Shown here piece after piece: positions 1 through 12,820 of a DNA stretch of 64,000 nt; within the stretch, counting starts at the first letter, position 1, and each line of letters opens with the position of its first letter. This stretch comes from Octopus sinensis (Eukaryota): positions 74,896,001 through 74,960,000 of the forward strand of contig NC_043004.1 in assembly GCF_006345805.1 (NCBI RefSeq), written 5' to 3'. The position numbers and the translations under genes were made by a program. Under the pieces are notes generated by a model. That model was not told where the DNA came from. It saw only the letters and a list, made by a program, of their open reading frames with translations, and ran no database searches.

Positions 1-145
1 TTATCTTTGAATTTGCACGTGTAATCTGGGAATGCATACAATGCCCTTCTCTGCCCTAGGTGTATGGAAAACACTCGGCGAGAAACGGGAGAAACTTTGA
101 AGAAAGAAGGAAAAAACATAACAATAATAATAATAATAACAACAT

Positions 146-575
146 CGAAAAATACCTTAGGAATGAGAACCAAAGTTTGAAATTTCCCCAAGACACCTGA
201 TGAAGGCTGGAGGGTAAAACAACTGAAACGTTGTGTTAACAACAAACAAGATGAGGACAAATATCCGTTAAATGTAAATAATGTACATAACTCCTCATTT
301 CTTAACTATTGAACTGGAGGGTATATCAGCTGAAAAGTTGTGTTAAACAAGCAAGATGAGAACAAATATCCATCAAATGTAAATAATGTACATAATTCCT
401 CATCTCTTAACTATTGAACTGAACACTCTATTAATGTACTCGTACTTAAGTGATTTAATTATATACTTTGAGAATCATTTTACATAAATATTATGTATAT
501 CAGCCGAAACATTGTGTTAACAACAAACAATTTGAGGACAAATAGCCATCAAATGTAAATAATGTAAATAATGTT
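146..575 (+). mobile_element. Penelope-like LTR/retrozyme-type repeat, three partially tandem copies
   Basis: The block tatatcagc(c/t)gaaa..ttgtgttaacaacaaacaagatgaggacaaatatcc..aaatgtaaataatgt recurs near 210, 315 and 495, and again at 59658-59781; the first copy carries a hammerhead core. Confidence 0.6.
192..237 (+). ncRNA. Minimal type I hammerhead ribozyme motif (PLE-type)
   Basis: gacac CTGATGA a ggctg-loop-caact GAAA CG TT gtgtt; stem I 5 bp, stem II one mismatch (sister copy has cagcc), palindromic ACGT stem III. Confidence 0.65.
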
Positions 576-859
576 TTAATAGAGTGTGCCTCAAAATATT
601 TAAGTCAATTACTAAAATAGGGACAAACACTTAAACTACTTCTATGCTTTTGTATATAAGACTATTATCATCTTTGTCAGCATTATCATAAGTTTCCTCC
701 TCTTCCACCTCTACCTTCTAATCATGATTATCATCATCACCACCATCACCATTAATGTATTAGAGTCTGTTTTTTTCCACACTGATATGTCAGACATGTC
801 TATCTTTCAATATATTAAAACTGCTTTAATCATTTATCATCTCAATAGAAATTGCAGTT

Positions 860-1185
860 GTGATACCAGTGCTGGTGGCATGTAAAAGAACCATCCAAAC
901 GTGGCTGTTGCCAGCGCCGCCTCAACTGGCCTCCATGTCGGTGGCACATAAAAAGCACCAACCAATCGTGGCCATTGCTAGCCTCGTCTGGCACCTGTGC
1001 CAGTGGCATGTAAAAAGCACCCACTACACTCTCAGAGTAGTTGGCATTAGGAAGGGCATCCAGCTGTTGAAACACTGCCAGATCAGACTGGGCCTGGTGC
1101 AGCCTCCTGGCTTCCCAGACCCCTGTTGAACCGTCCAACCCATGCTAGCATAGAAAGCGAACGTTAAACGATGATAATGATCATC
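860..1185 (+). mobile_element. RTE-LINE 3'UTR-derived short repeat with (GAT)n tail (many more copies, e.g. 6750-6920, 16545-16810, 28565-28740, 39035-39170, 53670-53910, 62640-62757)
   Basis: Recurrent ggcacgtaaaaagcacccactacactctc..gttaggaagggcatccagctgtagaaac..catgccagcatggaaa..gttaaatgatgatga; contiguous with RTE ORF ends at 51000-52240 and 29210-29960. Confidence 0.7.
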
Positions 1186-1884
1186 TCAGCTGTTTTGACC
1201 CAGTATTTTAAAAGTTGATTTTTTTTCCTACTTTTTCACATCTCTTCTTTTCATCTTCCACTCATCATCTTCATTCACTGATTCCTTGTACCACACAATC
1301 ATCTATCTTTCACATTTCAGCCAGCTTTCTTGTGCTCCACTTTTATTATGCAGCTTAATATTATGCACCATACTGTTCCTGCTCAGTTCATCTTTTTCCA
1401 GCCTCTGCAGGTCTTACATATTCACTTCCCATGACTCAGCACCAAGCAGCATCACATTTCTTACACATTATTCATGCTACTTATTATTACATATTATTGC
1501 ATATTATTATTATATATTATTATATTTCATTACAAATTACATATAATTGCATAGTATTATTACATATTAATTTTATTACATATTATTTTTACATATAATT
1601 ATGACATATTATTCATGCTACTTATCTTTCATAGTAAGGCAGAAAGAGAGAGAGAGCGACAGAGATAAACTCTAAATATATCATCAACCTCACTTATAGC
1701 ATTGGCTGGGTGCATGTTGTTATGCCTCTGGTGCTACAAAGCTTGTCTGTAAGGAGACTGAAGAGCTCCCTTTCTCTGTTTTGTGCTACTATTTAAGGTC
1801 CAGTGCTTCTGCTCTGCAAAAGGATTTGCCATCACTGCACCTTCTGAGACCCACACTTCACCATGTGATTATACAAATGCAAAT

Positions 1885-1898
1885 ATCCCTCTCTCTCC

Positions 1899-1946
<48 letters not shown>

Positions 1947-1960
1947 CCTATCTATCTCTA

Positions 1961-1999
<39 letters not shown>

Positions 2000-2045
2000 C
2001 TATCTCTCTATCTATCTATCTATCTATCTATCTATTTATCTCTCC
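1885..2045. repeat. (TCTA)n/(TCTG)n microsatellite
   Basis: Direct reading. Confidence 0.95.
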
Positions 2046-2148
2046 TTCCTTCCTTTTTATCTTCAATTAGTATTTTCTTTCAAACATTGTTTTAAAGATT
2101 TATTTCGAAAGCAAACTTTTGTTAAACTTGTCTCTCATTCCAAACCAG

Positions 2149-2331
2149 ATAATTTTACTGAAAGTTTCAATACAACAACAACAACTACACTTATAAACAA
2201 TGCAACCGAGAGTTCGAATTATACAATAATGTCTGTAACTCCAAATCTGTCAGAGAATGGAAATGTCAGTGTAACAGATGATGTGAATGTTACATTTTCT
2301 CAGAGTAACGACACAGAAAACTCTACAATAG
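2149..2331 (+). CDS. Internal exon of a mucin-like type I membrane glycoprotein (S/T/N-rich stalk)
   Basis: aaccag|AT ... G|gttggt; 183 nt, phase 1/1; [61 protein letters not shown] has 9 N-x-S/T sequons. Confidence 0.8.
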
Positions 2332-2946
2332 GTTGGTATCAATTAGTAATTCTATAATGTAGTAACTACCTATCTTTTTATAACAATATATCATTATAGA
2401 TCATACACTACAGATAACTGCCATGTATGAATCAAAGCAGATCTGGAAAACCTTAAAATTACAAGAGAAGATCATCAACATCATCATCATCATCATCATC
2501 ATCATCACACCATCACCACCACCATCATCATCATCATCGTCATCATCCTTTTCATTTTCACTTTCCATTTCTTTCATGGATTTCATTGATAAGGGATTTT
2601 CTATGGCTAGATGCCCTTTTATTGACAATCCTCACCTTTTTCCTTGTAAGGGAATATTTCCCCATAACTAGACATGTTTCTACAAAAGATTACAAATGAA
2701 GGACACAGCAAGCATGATCGAGACATCCATTTACAAGTATCAGACAATCTCAAAGCAAAGCAACAATAACACGCACACAGATATACACACACACACAATA
2801 TATATATATGTGTGTGTGTGTGTGAGTGTATGTGTGTGCTTATGAGAATGTATTTTTCTTAATTATAATATTGTAATAATTAAGTGTTAGTTATTTTGGA
2901 GTCAAAAAAGTTTAACTGATTAGTAGGTTTTGAACTAGTGAAATCG

Positions 2947-3002
<56 letters not shown>

Positions 3003-3674
3003 ATATATATAGTCACCAATTATTCTCAAAGAAAAATGAGAAGTTGCCTCCTTTTTGCTTTGTTCAGCTCAGAGAAATTACTGCTTTGGGCAAGAAGATA
3101 TTTGCATTTGGGGAAATGACAATGATGTGGTATACCCATGCCAGATTATTTTGTGAGTGCTGTAGAGTATAAAAGACAATGGCTGAAAGGTGAGAGAGGA
3201 CTTCAGCACAACTTTGTATTATACAGCTATTAAAACTATGTTTGCTGCCAAGACCATTTGTCAACCGCCATCATCAACATTGAAATCTCTGTAATCAAGA
3301 ACCTACATCTTCAATCAATACTTCTTGGACTCATGACTCTGGTGACTATTTCACTTCTTCTAATTTTCACTCAAAGCATGAGGACCAATTACATATTGAA
3401 ACGTTTAATATTTTTGTTCATTGTTTCAATCTCTTTGTTAATGCTATTGTTTTATATTTAATCTTGACTCTGCATTGCTGTCAGCTTCTGTAACTGTAAC
3501 TCACAACTTTTGAAATGCTGTGTATTCCAAAAATGTCTGAAGCAAAACGACAACACACATTCCTTCTCAATAATTCATCTTTGATTTTTCCACAAGCATT
3601 TTCTTTCAAACATAGACTCAGAGAACTACTCATAAATCAAATATTTATCTCTTTTATCTCTGTTTCCAAACTAG

Positions 3675-3853
3675 ATGATTCTACTGAAAGTTTCTATACA
3701 ACACAGCTACACTTATAAAGAATGAAAGTGATATTGTGAATTATACAAGTACTTATTCTTATCCTAATTCATCAAATGATAAATATATGAACGTAACCAT
3801 AGATGAGAATACCACATTTTTTCAGAGTAATAACACCGTAAACTCTACAATAG
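3675..3853 (+). CDS. Paralogous stalk exon (duplicate of 2149-2331); frameshifted from acceptor 3675, in frame from cryptic acceptor 3707
   Basis: Acceptor and donor contexts match the 2149 exon. Length 179 nt gives TAA at 3716-3718. 3707-3853 (147 nt, phase 1/1) is open: ATLIKNESDIVNYTS...NVTIDENTT...NNTVNSTI. Confidence 0.6.
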
Positions 3854-4297
3854 GTTGGTATCTATTATTCATTCTATAATGGTGTAGTAGCCATTCATTA
3901 AGATTTTAATGGTTGAGCTCTTGTGTAAGGAGGTAGGTAACCCTCAGGGGTGACCATTTCTGTCTTGAGTCTTTCCAATGTAACCATTTCCTCAATTTAA
4001 CAGCATGTTTACTAATGACACTGGATTGGGAGAACCGGTAGAGTATTGGACAGAATTTCTTGTGGCATTTGCCTTTAATATCTTTTCCTTGTTTCACTCA
4101 TTAGATTATGGCCATACTGGGGCAGTGCTCTGAAGAATTTTCGTTGAACAAGTCAACCCAAGTACATCTTTACAAACCTAGTACTTGTTCTATCACTCTC
4201 TTTTGGCAAACCACTAAGTTACAGAGACATAAACACACCAAGCAGTGGTAGGGGACAAACGCAAACACATACACACAACACACACATACATACATAG

Positions 4298-4336
<39 letters not shown>

Positions 4337-4564
4337 GATCAAAACGGTTTGATTCAGATTCTGTGGTACTTCAAGTTTCAAAGCATAAGATTCTTATCCT
4401 CAGCCACTGGAAATTTGAATTTGTATTTCTAATGGCTGACTATAAACATCTTATGCGTTGAAATTAGAAATGCCCCAGAATTAGAATCAAACTATTTTGA
4501 ATCATACATGTAACTCCCAATAAATGAGCTGAGTGCCCTTCTTTCATTTGTCCACTCACTCATA

Positions 4565-4611
<47 letters not shown>

Positions 4612-4689
4612 CATATATATCTGTAAATTCCTCTATTTACATATCAAGGTCTCTTTCATTCTTTTATTGTCTTTACCATTTCTATCAAT

Positions 4690-4739
<50 letters not shown>

Positions 4740-5806
4740 ACAAAACGTACTTCTTTCAATTTCCTTCTACCGAATCCACTCACAAGGTTTTAGTCAGCTC
4801 AAAGCTATAGTAGAAGACACTTGCCCAAAGTGTCATACAGTGGAACTGAACCCAGCACCATGTGGTTGGGAAGCAAGCTCCTTACCCCACAGCCATCCCA
4901 GTATCTATTTTTAAAGTTCTCACTTCAGTTGCTGCTGGGGTTGACTTAGCTATTAATGTTTCATGGAATGTAAAAATGAAACTGATCTAACGTTTATTCT
5001 GATCCTAATTCAGGTTTACATCTTACAGTCATGTCTATTGATGGAATGAATATATTCTTCTAAACAACACATCACTCAATCTCACATTTCAGACCCATCA
5101 TTGCTAGTTAGATTCCAAAAACTCTGTTCCCTGTCAAAAGCGGGCCAATGGTAGGAGGTAAAATTTGAGCTCAGTATGCAAAGAGCTGGAACTAATACTA
5201 CAAGGTATTTTGTCCAATACTCTGGTAATTCCACCAATCCAGCCTGGAACTGTTATTACATTTATTGACCCTCAGAAGGAGGAAATGTGGAGTTGACCCT
5301 ATTGGGATTTGAACTCAGAGCACAAACAATCCAAAACAAATAATACAAAGCATGTTATCTAACACTCTAATAACTTTAATGAATTATTGGCCTGAGCCCA
5401 AGATAAAAATGAGGCTATGATTATTTGTTGTTGTTTTTTTTGTTTGATATTGTGTTTTTAACATAGCAAATCCATTAGAGATGTTATTTCTGCAGCAGTT
5501 GGACTATCAACTGAATATATACATCAAGTATGACGTGGATGGTTTTGATATTTCATTTGATATTACAAATGTTTTAAAGTCAACTTTACATGATGCATTT
5601 TGGATTTAATAAACAATGCTTTATACTTTATTTATTTTTCAATTTGTAACTCTTATTCCATATAATTATCTTTTGATTGTCTTTTTATTTTTATAATTAT
5701 TAATCTTCATTAAATTTCTCTTTTCATTTATTCTGCTCACATTTTATTGAAGAATTACTTACATATTCATATATTGTTTTGTTTTCTATTTTATTTTACT
5801 CTGCAG

Positions 5807-6033
5807 ATTCTAACCTCAACCAAAATGTCACTTCCTCCAAACAAGAAACTTATTTGAAAAATGAAGCAGATTCAAACAATACGCTTATGATAACGGTTCT
5901 AATTGGGACTTTATCAGTTGGAACTCTTCTCTTTGTTGCCGTAATTGTGGTCATCAGCAAAAAAATAATCGATGGCTGGCAGAAGCGACATTATTCTAGA
6001 ATCGATTATTTGGTCAATGGCATGTACAACTAA
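5807..6033 (+). CDS. Terminal exon: TM helix plus short tail with MANSC1/C11orf24-like motif
   Basis: ctgcag|AT, phase 1; ...LMITVLIGTLSVGTLLFVAVIVVISKKIIDGWQKRHYSRIDYLVNGMYN*. The tail resembles the YSRLDYLINGIY and YTQVDYLINGMY termini recalled for vertebrate MANSC1 and C11orf24. Confidence 0.85.
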
Positions 6034-7302
6034 GCTGATTTAAGATCTACATACGCATGCACAGACATGTATAAGTACATATGTACATACTATATATATG
6101 CCTATACACATACATACATCCACATTAAAATCATAACTAGTCTTCCAACTAAGACAGTATAATTCTTTCATATTTATGCGTATTCTTTAAGTTCCTTTAA
6201 ACCATTATCTTTAATTGAAATTATGACCAAACTGGGGTTAAGGTTAAATAACTGTGATAAAAGCCAGAGATCAAGAAATACATTTCTGAGGGATTTTTGT
6301 TGTAGATGATACCAAGTTTGATGACATTTAAGACACTTTATTTTCAAAAAATGCCTTAAAGAAACATGTCACTTCATGTCACTATAAGCTTTAATGCACT
6401 AAGTACTAATTTTCCTGGATACGTGCAACTGAAACTGAAGTGCATCTAATATACCTATAAGCCTTTTATGCCATCAATTACGGTAATTTTTTATTGATAT
6501 TTTCTTAAGCCAATGTTTTTCAATATGATGAAAGATTAAGGTGATGGAGTGGAATAAACTATTAGGGACTTGGACTAAATGTCTTGAGTTTATTTTGTAA
6601 TAACCTTTTCTGTTCTGAGGTGAAATTTTTCTTGGTAAAAACTTTGTACCTGAAGTACTAGTCATATGCTGGGGTTTCACTCAGTTGCATGAATTTGTAC
6701 CTTGTTTCTATATATGAAACCAATTGTTTTTATGGAAAGATATTTTCAAGTGCACTCTCGGAGTGGTTGGTGTTAGGAAGGGCATCCAGCTGTAGAAACC
6801 TTGCCAGATCAGATTGAAGCCTGGTGCAGCCATCTGGTTCGCCAGTCCTCAGTTAAACCCTCCAACCCATGCCAGCATGGAAAGCAGATGTTAAATGATG
6901 ATGATAATGATGATGATGATGAGATATTTTACATAAATTATTGGTGTCTCTATTTTCTCTTACAACTGGAAGCTTGTTATAAAGCTAATTATTTCAGTCC
7001 TGAAATTGAAGAGTTTTCTGTTATTCATATAAAATAAATTCATTGACCAGAATTAAGTGATGTGCATAAATACATCATATATTACCACTGGTAGGGTTTG
7101 AACTCATAACTTGTGTACCAGGAATTGATTTTTTTTTCTCTTTAAATGGTTCTGGGTGACAGGAAAATTAGTTTTTTCATTACTGAAATCAGGATTTGAA
7201 ACCTAAGCATGTTGATAGTGAGGCTATGAGTAAACAAATAGGGCTTACACACAAGGACAGTATTTTGGGAGTAATATTATGGAAAATCAGCTAAGATATC
7301 TA

Positions 7303-7359
<57 letters not shown>

Positions 7360-7559
7360 GTGAAAGTGACCAACAGATAGAAATATACATAGATAACCAT
7401 CAACAATTTATAAATATATATATATATATATCATTCAAGATATTATAGCTAAATTCCATGATCTCATCAGAAGAATCAGAAGGAAAGATTTTTCTTTTAA
7501 AAATATAATGGTACAGAAGAAAACCAGAAACCAATAAGCAACTCTCGGATATTAATATA

Positions 7560-8117
7560 TTGGGTTGTTCGGTAAGTTTGTGCTGATTTTTCAAGGAAAG
7601 AAAAAGATTAATAAATACTTGCCATTATATTTTTAATCAACCAAATATGAACCATTTTGTTGCACAATGCGTCTCTATCTTTCCTTTAACTTGAAAATAC
7701 CCTCTTCCCAGAATTGAGGTGGTTTCATGGCAAAGAATTCATCAAGGTATCTTTTTACGTCATCTAAGGAATTGAAATTTTTACCATTAAGACTATTCTG
7801 CAGAGACCTGAATAAGTGGAAATCCATAATCTGGTGAGTATGGAGAGTAGGGTAACACATCCCAGCCAAGCTGCAGCAATTCTTGTTTGGTTCCCAAAGG
7901 ATCAAATGCCGAAAATGAACTTTCTTATCTCCCATTTTAAAGGGTTACAGAATTAACACAGGTTATAGGAACATAAACCTTCTTCCACGAAAAGATAGCT
8001 TAAACTGTGCTCTAAATAGAGGTGAAGTCAAATCCTATTTTATGGACTCAACCATGTTCTAAAATAAGTCAAAAAGTAAGTTACTATAAATCGGCACAAA
8101 CTTTCCGGACAACCCAA
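7560..8117 (-). mobile_element. Internally deleted mariner element with TIRs and TA TSD
   Basis: About 30-bp TIRs ttgggttgt(t/c)cgg(t/a)aagtttgtgc(t/c)gattt; ORF 7675-7935 has MGDKKVHFRHL and HLFRSLQNSLNGKNF...FWEEGIFKLKER transposase ends. Confidence 0.85.
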
Positions 8118-8129
8118 TATTTATGTATG

Positions 8130-8168
<39 letters not shown>

Positions 8169-8175
8169 CATAAGC

Positions 8176-8214
<39 letters not shown>

Positions 8215-9064
8215 ATAATAACAATAATAATAATAATAATAATAAAAAGGTAAAATAAATGAATTAATTAATCAATTAATTAGTTAATCTCGAAACGTGT
8301 ATGTAGCTAATCTGAGTCATGTAAATTCGTTATTTTTTCTTTTTGCCCACGTAAAAAAGTGTGTTACTGTCTGGGAGATCTTTTATGGTAGTAGAAAAGG
8401 CATTTAACTGCTATTTCTAAATTCGGTGCATGGTAAAGCAATTAGCTGATCCCTGATTATAATTATGTTTATAATTATAGAATGTGTACGTACATACATA
8501 CATACGTACATACATACATACATACATACAGACAGACAGACAGAGAGAGAGGCAGGCAGACAGACACACTCACACACATTTATTAGCTGGCTACAATTTC
8601 CTTGTGAATCCTTAAGAATTAACTTTTAGCTTCATTGAACTTCTGTTCTAGTGATTTTAAGAAAGTCGTTCATGAGTTTTCAGTCTTTAGAGTGTTGGCC
8701 ATGAAGACTCACAAGAATTCAGTTCTCTGTCTCAAAATTCAAATCCTGCAGAAGTCGACTTTGCTCTCCTTCCTTTCCAGATCAATAAAATAACCAACCA
8801 ATAGTGGGTGGGGAACAGTTGGATAATAGCCAAATAATAATAACAATCCTTTCTACTAAGGGCACAAGGCCTGAAATTTTGGAGGAGGGAACTAGTCGAT
8901 TACATCGACCCGAGTATGCAACTGGTACTTAATTTATCGACCCCTAAAGAGTGAAAGGCAAAGTCAACCTTGGTGGAATTTGAATTCAGAACGTAAAGAC
9001 TGACAACAAAATGTAAAGCATTTCATCCAGTGTGCTAATAATAATAATAATCTTTTCCTGTGCC

Positions 9065-9101
<37 letters not shown>

Positions 9102-9246
9102 CAATAATCTTTTCTACAATAGGCACAAGGCCTGAAATTTGTGTGGAGTAGGTATGGCGATCACATCGACTCCAGTGTTTCACTGGTACTTAAGTTATCA
9201 ACTCTAAAAGGATGGAAGGCAAAATCGATCTCAGCGGAATATATAC

Positions 9247-9474
9247 CTATTTCTTTACTACCCACAAGGGGCTAAACACAGAGGGGACAAACAAGGACAG
9301 ACAAACGAATTAAGTCGATTATATCGACCCCAGTGCGTAACTGGTACTTATTTAATCGACCCCGAAGGGATGAAAGGCAAAGGCGACATCGGCGGAATTT
9401 GAACTCAGAACGTAGCGGCAGACGAAATACTGCTAAGCATTTCGCCGGGCGTGCTGCCGATTCTGCCAGCTCGC
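9247..9474 (-). mobile_element. tRNA-derived SINE, near full length (same subfamily at 11768-11994 and 35067-35307; related copies at 8850, 9110, 20630, 40905, 42235, 42795, 55850, 58810, 60075)
   Basis: Minus-strand head has A-box-like gcgagctggcagaa and B-box gttcaaattcc; conserved body tgcctttcatcc.ttcggggtcgat.aa.taagtaccag. Confidence 0.8.
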
Positions 9475-11526
9475 AGTCTTAATCATAATTTTAAAAATTT
9501 AAACAAGATTAAGTCGCTTCATCTAAAGAACTGGACAACTTATAGTTTTGGTAAAAGTTCTACTTAAAACGTTGATATGTTTGTTCATAGTGAAAAAACT
9601 GTTGCCGTAAATTCGTAAATCGCATATACTGGAATTTGAATTCTGAGGATTCAGCTAGTATATTACTTCCACGTAGTATAACTTGCTTTACAAAATCTTT
9701 ACAAAACCGATTATTAAAATTTTTGAAACAATTTTCTCAACAAACATTTGTTCAATGGCCGAGTAATTTTCATATAAACACAGCAATTTTGTAAACATTA
9801 AACAAATGTTTTGAAGTTTTTTACATTTCTTTTTACGCATCAATGCTATAGTTTTATTATTAATATCGTTTTCATATGCTCTTGGAAAAATATAAAAACA
9901 AAATTATACATGAAACTAAACGTATCTGTGTTTCGTGAGTTAAATATTTTTATCAATTAAATATTGAAATAATTCTCTTTAAAACGAAGGTGTTTGCTCG
10001 AAGTATTGAGGAGTCAGTCTGCCATAGGAGGTTACAGCAACGCAGATAAAACAATAAATATCAATAATAATAATAACAAAGGCACCCAGATTTTAACTTA
10101 TAATAAATTTACATCAAAAGTAACGTGGAAAAAACATGTTAAGGGAGGTAACTCACAAAGCAAAATGCCATTCAAGGGACATAATTGATTACTTGCCTCG
10201 ATAACTATACCTCGGCGGAAGATTGCATTTAACGTTCACGTTTCTAGTTTCATGTTATTCATTGAGTAAATATCAAAGCTGTGATGAAATAATATTCAAA
10301 TATCTATCTGGTCCGGATAAAATCGGCACTAAATAAGGTGTTGACTCTTTCATTACCTATCTCTGCTGAATTATACTGCCTTCACTTAGTGATCTGTAAA
10401 TCGCCTCCCTACGTTTTTTTCTCATGTCCCAGCTCTGTTTAATCACCAGATTCTTATATTCTTTCTTAGTCAATGTTCTCCCATCATCAGAGCTGGAGAC
10501 AACACTAAACGGATGTCTTTAAATCTATTTCCAACCTCCAGACCTTTTTGAAATTTTTTCGCAGGCGTGGATGTGTGGTAAGAAGTTTGTTTCTCAACCA
10601 CATGGTTCTAGGTTCAATGCCTTCTCCGGCAAGTATCTTCTACTGTAGCTTCGACCCGGCCAAATCCTTGTGAGTGGGTTTAGTTGACAAAAACTGAAAG
10701 AAGCCTGTCGTATATATGTTTCAACCAAGATCGCTGGAATATTTTTTGTTTCTTTGGACAAATATTTTCCTAATTCTAATCGGTATTTTAAATCGTCACA
10801 CAGTGAAGGTATCCTACGCCAACTTTGCTAATTTTCTGCAGCTTATGCACCACATAAACAACAGCAAAATGCGACAACAGTTCAATTAAACACCTATTGG
10901 ATCTAGCGCACATTCGCATCTCAATACTAAGATGTAAACCGCAATGAAAAACACCAATTACGGCAAAATTGTAATAGAAGAAATACTTATAATACAGCTA
11001 ACATGGTAACAACGTCGGTAAATGGAGTCGGGACTGCCTTATATACAAATAAATGCGACAAATGCTCATGCTGGGTAAAATCAAAATGTCCTTTGATGAA
11101 TCTTTATATGAATACAAATCTTGTATATAAATGTACAGTGCACACAAGGCGGGGTGGGGGCATGTGTTAACATCGAGTAGACGGCTAATTCATTTAAGAA
11201 TCGTTATTGCAACCATGTTGCCAGATTTTAAAATATCATTAAGAGACATTCAACATCTTTGGCCGATTTTGTATGGCGACTGATTGAAGATATACAATTT
11301 CCAGATGCCGTCTCTACTCCGAGGAATCCCTGTCTATTCTGTGGACTAATGAGGAGATCATTAATAGAATTTCTGAAAGACTCTCAAGATGCCTACACGC
11401 ATATAAATGCACTCTCGCGCAATGCAGTGGGAATTAATTTTGAGTAAATGTTAACATAATTTACTTTAAGATGACTCAAGTTTCCTGTTAATCTCTCCAT
11501 TCTTACAAACACCAAGTAGATCATTA

Positions 11527-11725
11527 ATGGGTTGGTGCATAATTATTGCGTTTTTTTTTTTCAAACATCTTCAAATGATTATTCCGGGGCATATTCACCA
11601 TCTACTTCAATTACTGCTTCCCATTTGCTTGGCAGACGGTCAGACCGTCACTTAAAGATGTTTTTGTTAAATTTTGTTGAATAAAATTTCCTGAAAAAAG
11701 CCGCAATAATTATGCACTAATCCAA
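11527..11725 (-). mobile_element. Mariner-derived MITE
   Basis: TIRs gggttggtgcataattattgcg / cgcaataattatgcactaatccaa, TA flanks; internal minus-strand DRLPSKWEAVIEVDGEYAPE* transposase C-terminus. Confidence 0.8.
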
Positions 11726-12304
11726 TAACGAGTGCCCCAAACCTCACATGTGCGTATGCTCACATTTTCTATTTCTCTACTGCCCACAAGGGGCTAAACA
11801 CAGAAGGGACAAACAAGGACAGACAAACGGATTAAGTCGATTATATCGACCTCAGTGCGTAAATGGTACTTAATTTATCGACCCCGAAAGGATGAAAGGC
11901 AAAGTCGACCTCTTGAACTCAGAACGTAACGGCAGACGAAATACAGCTACGCATTTCACCCGGGGTGCTAACGTTTCTGCCAGCTCGCCGCCTTCAGATG
12001 TGCGTATGTTCACATTTTCGCAGATATGAGCGAGTGTACATGCCCCATGCAGCTTGCCCGAGGGCATTTATACATTCATATTTCTTAACGGTTATTTTCA
12101 ATAATTTTCTCGCTGTATTGCCTGTTCGTTTCTCTTTTTTCCATTTGTGATTTTATTTAAAAAAACACACAAATTTCCACACGAAAGCACGTGATCTCTG
12201 CCCTTGGCATGTAGCTTCAACCGTGTTTTTCTGACGTGAATTTGCTACCCAGGTACCGGTTAACCGAATTATCCATAATAAGATAATTCATTCAACTACT
12301 CAAA

Positions 12305-12374
<70 letters not shown>

Positions 12375-12427
12375 TAGATATATAGATAGATAGATAGATA
12401 TAGATATTGGGTTGGTGCATAATTAAT

Positions 12428-12608
12428 GATCGCTTTTTTACTCCCATCGTCATATTTGTGCAGAAGCATGGCTCCTACATCGTAATCACTTGCATCTGTA
12501 GCCAAATCCATATCCAACTTTGGATCAAAATGCGTTAACGATAAGTCCAATGTTAAAATACTTTTTTAACTTGCCAAATGCTTTCTGGCACTTACCATTC
12601 CAGCACCA
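12428..12608 (-). mobile_element. Gypsy/Ty3 pol fragment (RT-RNaseH connection)
   Basis: WCWNGKCQKAFGKLK (frameshift) ILTLDLSLTHFDPKLDMDLATDASDYDVGAMLLHKYDDGSKKAI matches the LAHYDP...TDAS.YGVGAVL motif. Confidence 0.75.
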
Positions 12609-12814
12609 TTGTGGAACTGCAAATCAATAATAGCTTTAACAAAGGTTTACATTTTTTTTTATTTTCTTCCAAAACATTTGAGAAAAGAGAGTTGGGACAC
12701 AACGAGACATAACAATTCCCATCAAATCTGCTTCCTTCCTTCCTTCTTCTTCTTCTTTTGCCACAATACTTTTCAGCTCAGGAATACCAATATTTCCTTT
12801 TTTTTTAGTTATTT

Positions 12815-12820
12815 TTTATT
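12815..12820 (-). promoter_or_regulatory. Candidate AATAAA polyadenylation signal of the LRP2-like gene
   Basis: TTTATT on + about 320 nt past the stop; one of several candidates in AT-rich DNA. Confidence 0.25.

Noticed and set aside
11259-11447. 62-aa ORF in the intergenic region
   Set aside because: It has a TTG start and no recognisable domain or splice structure; no support without a search.
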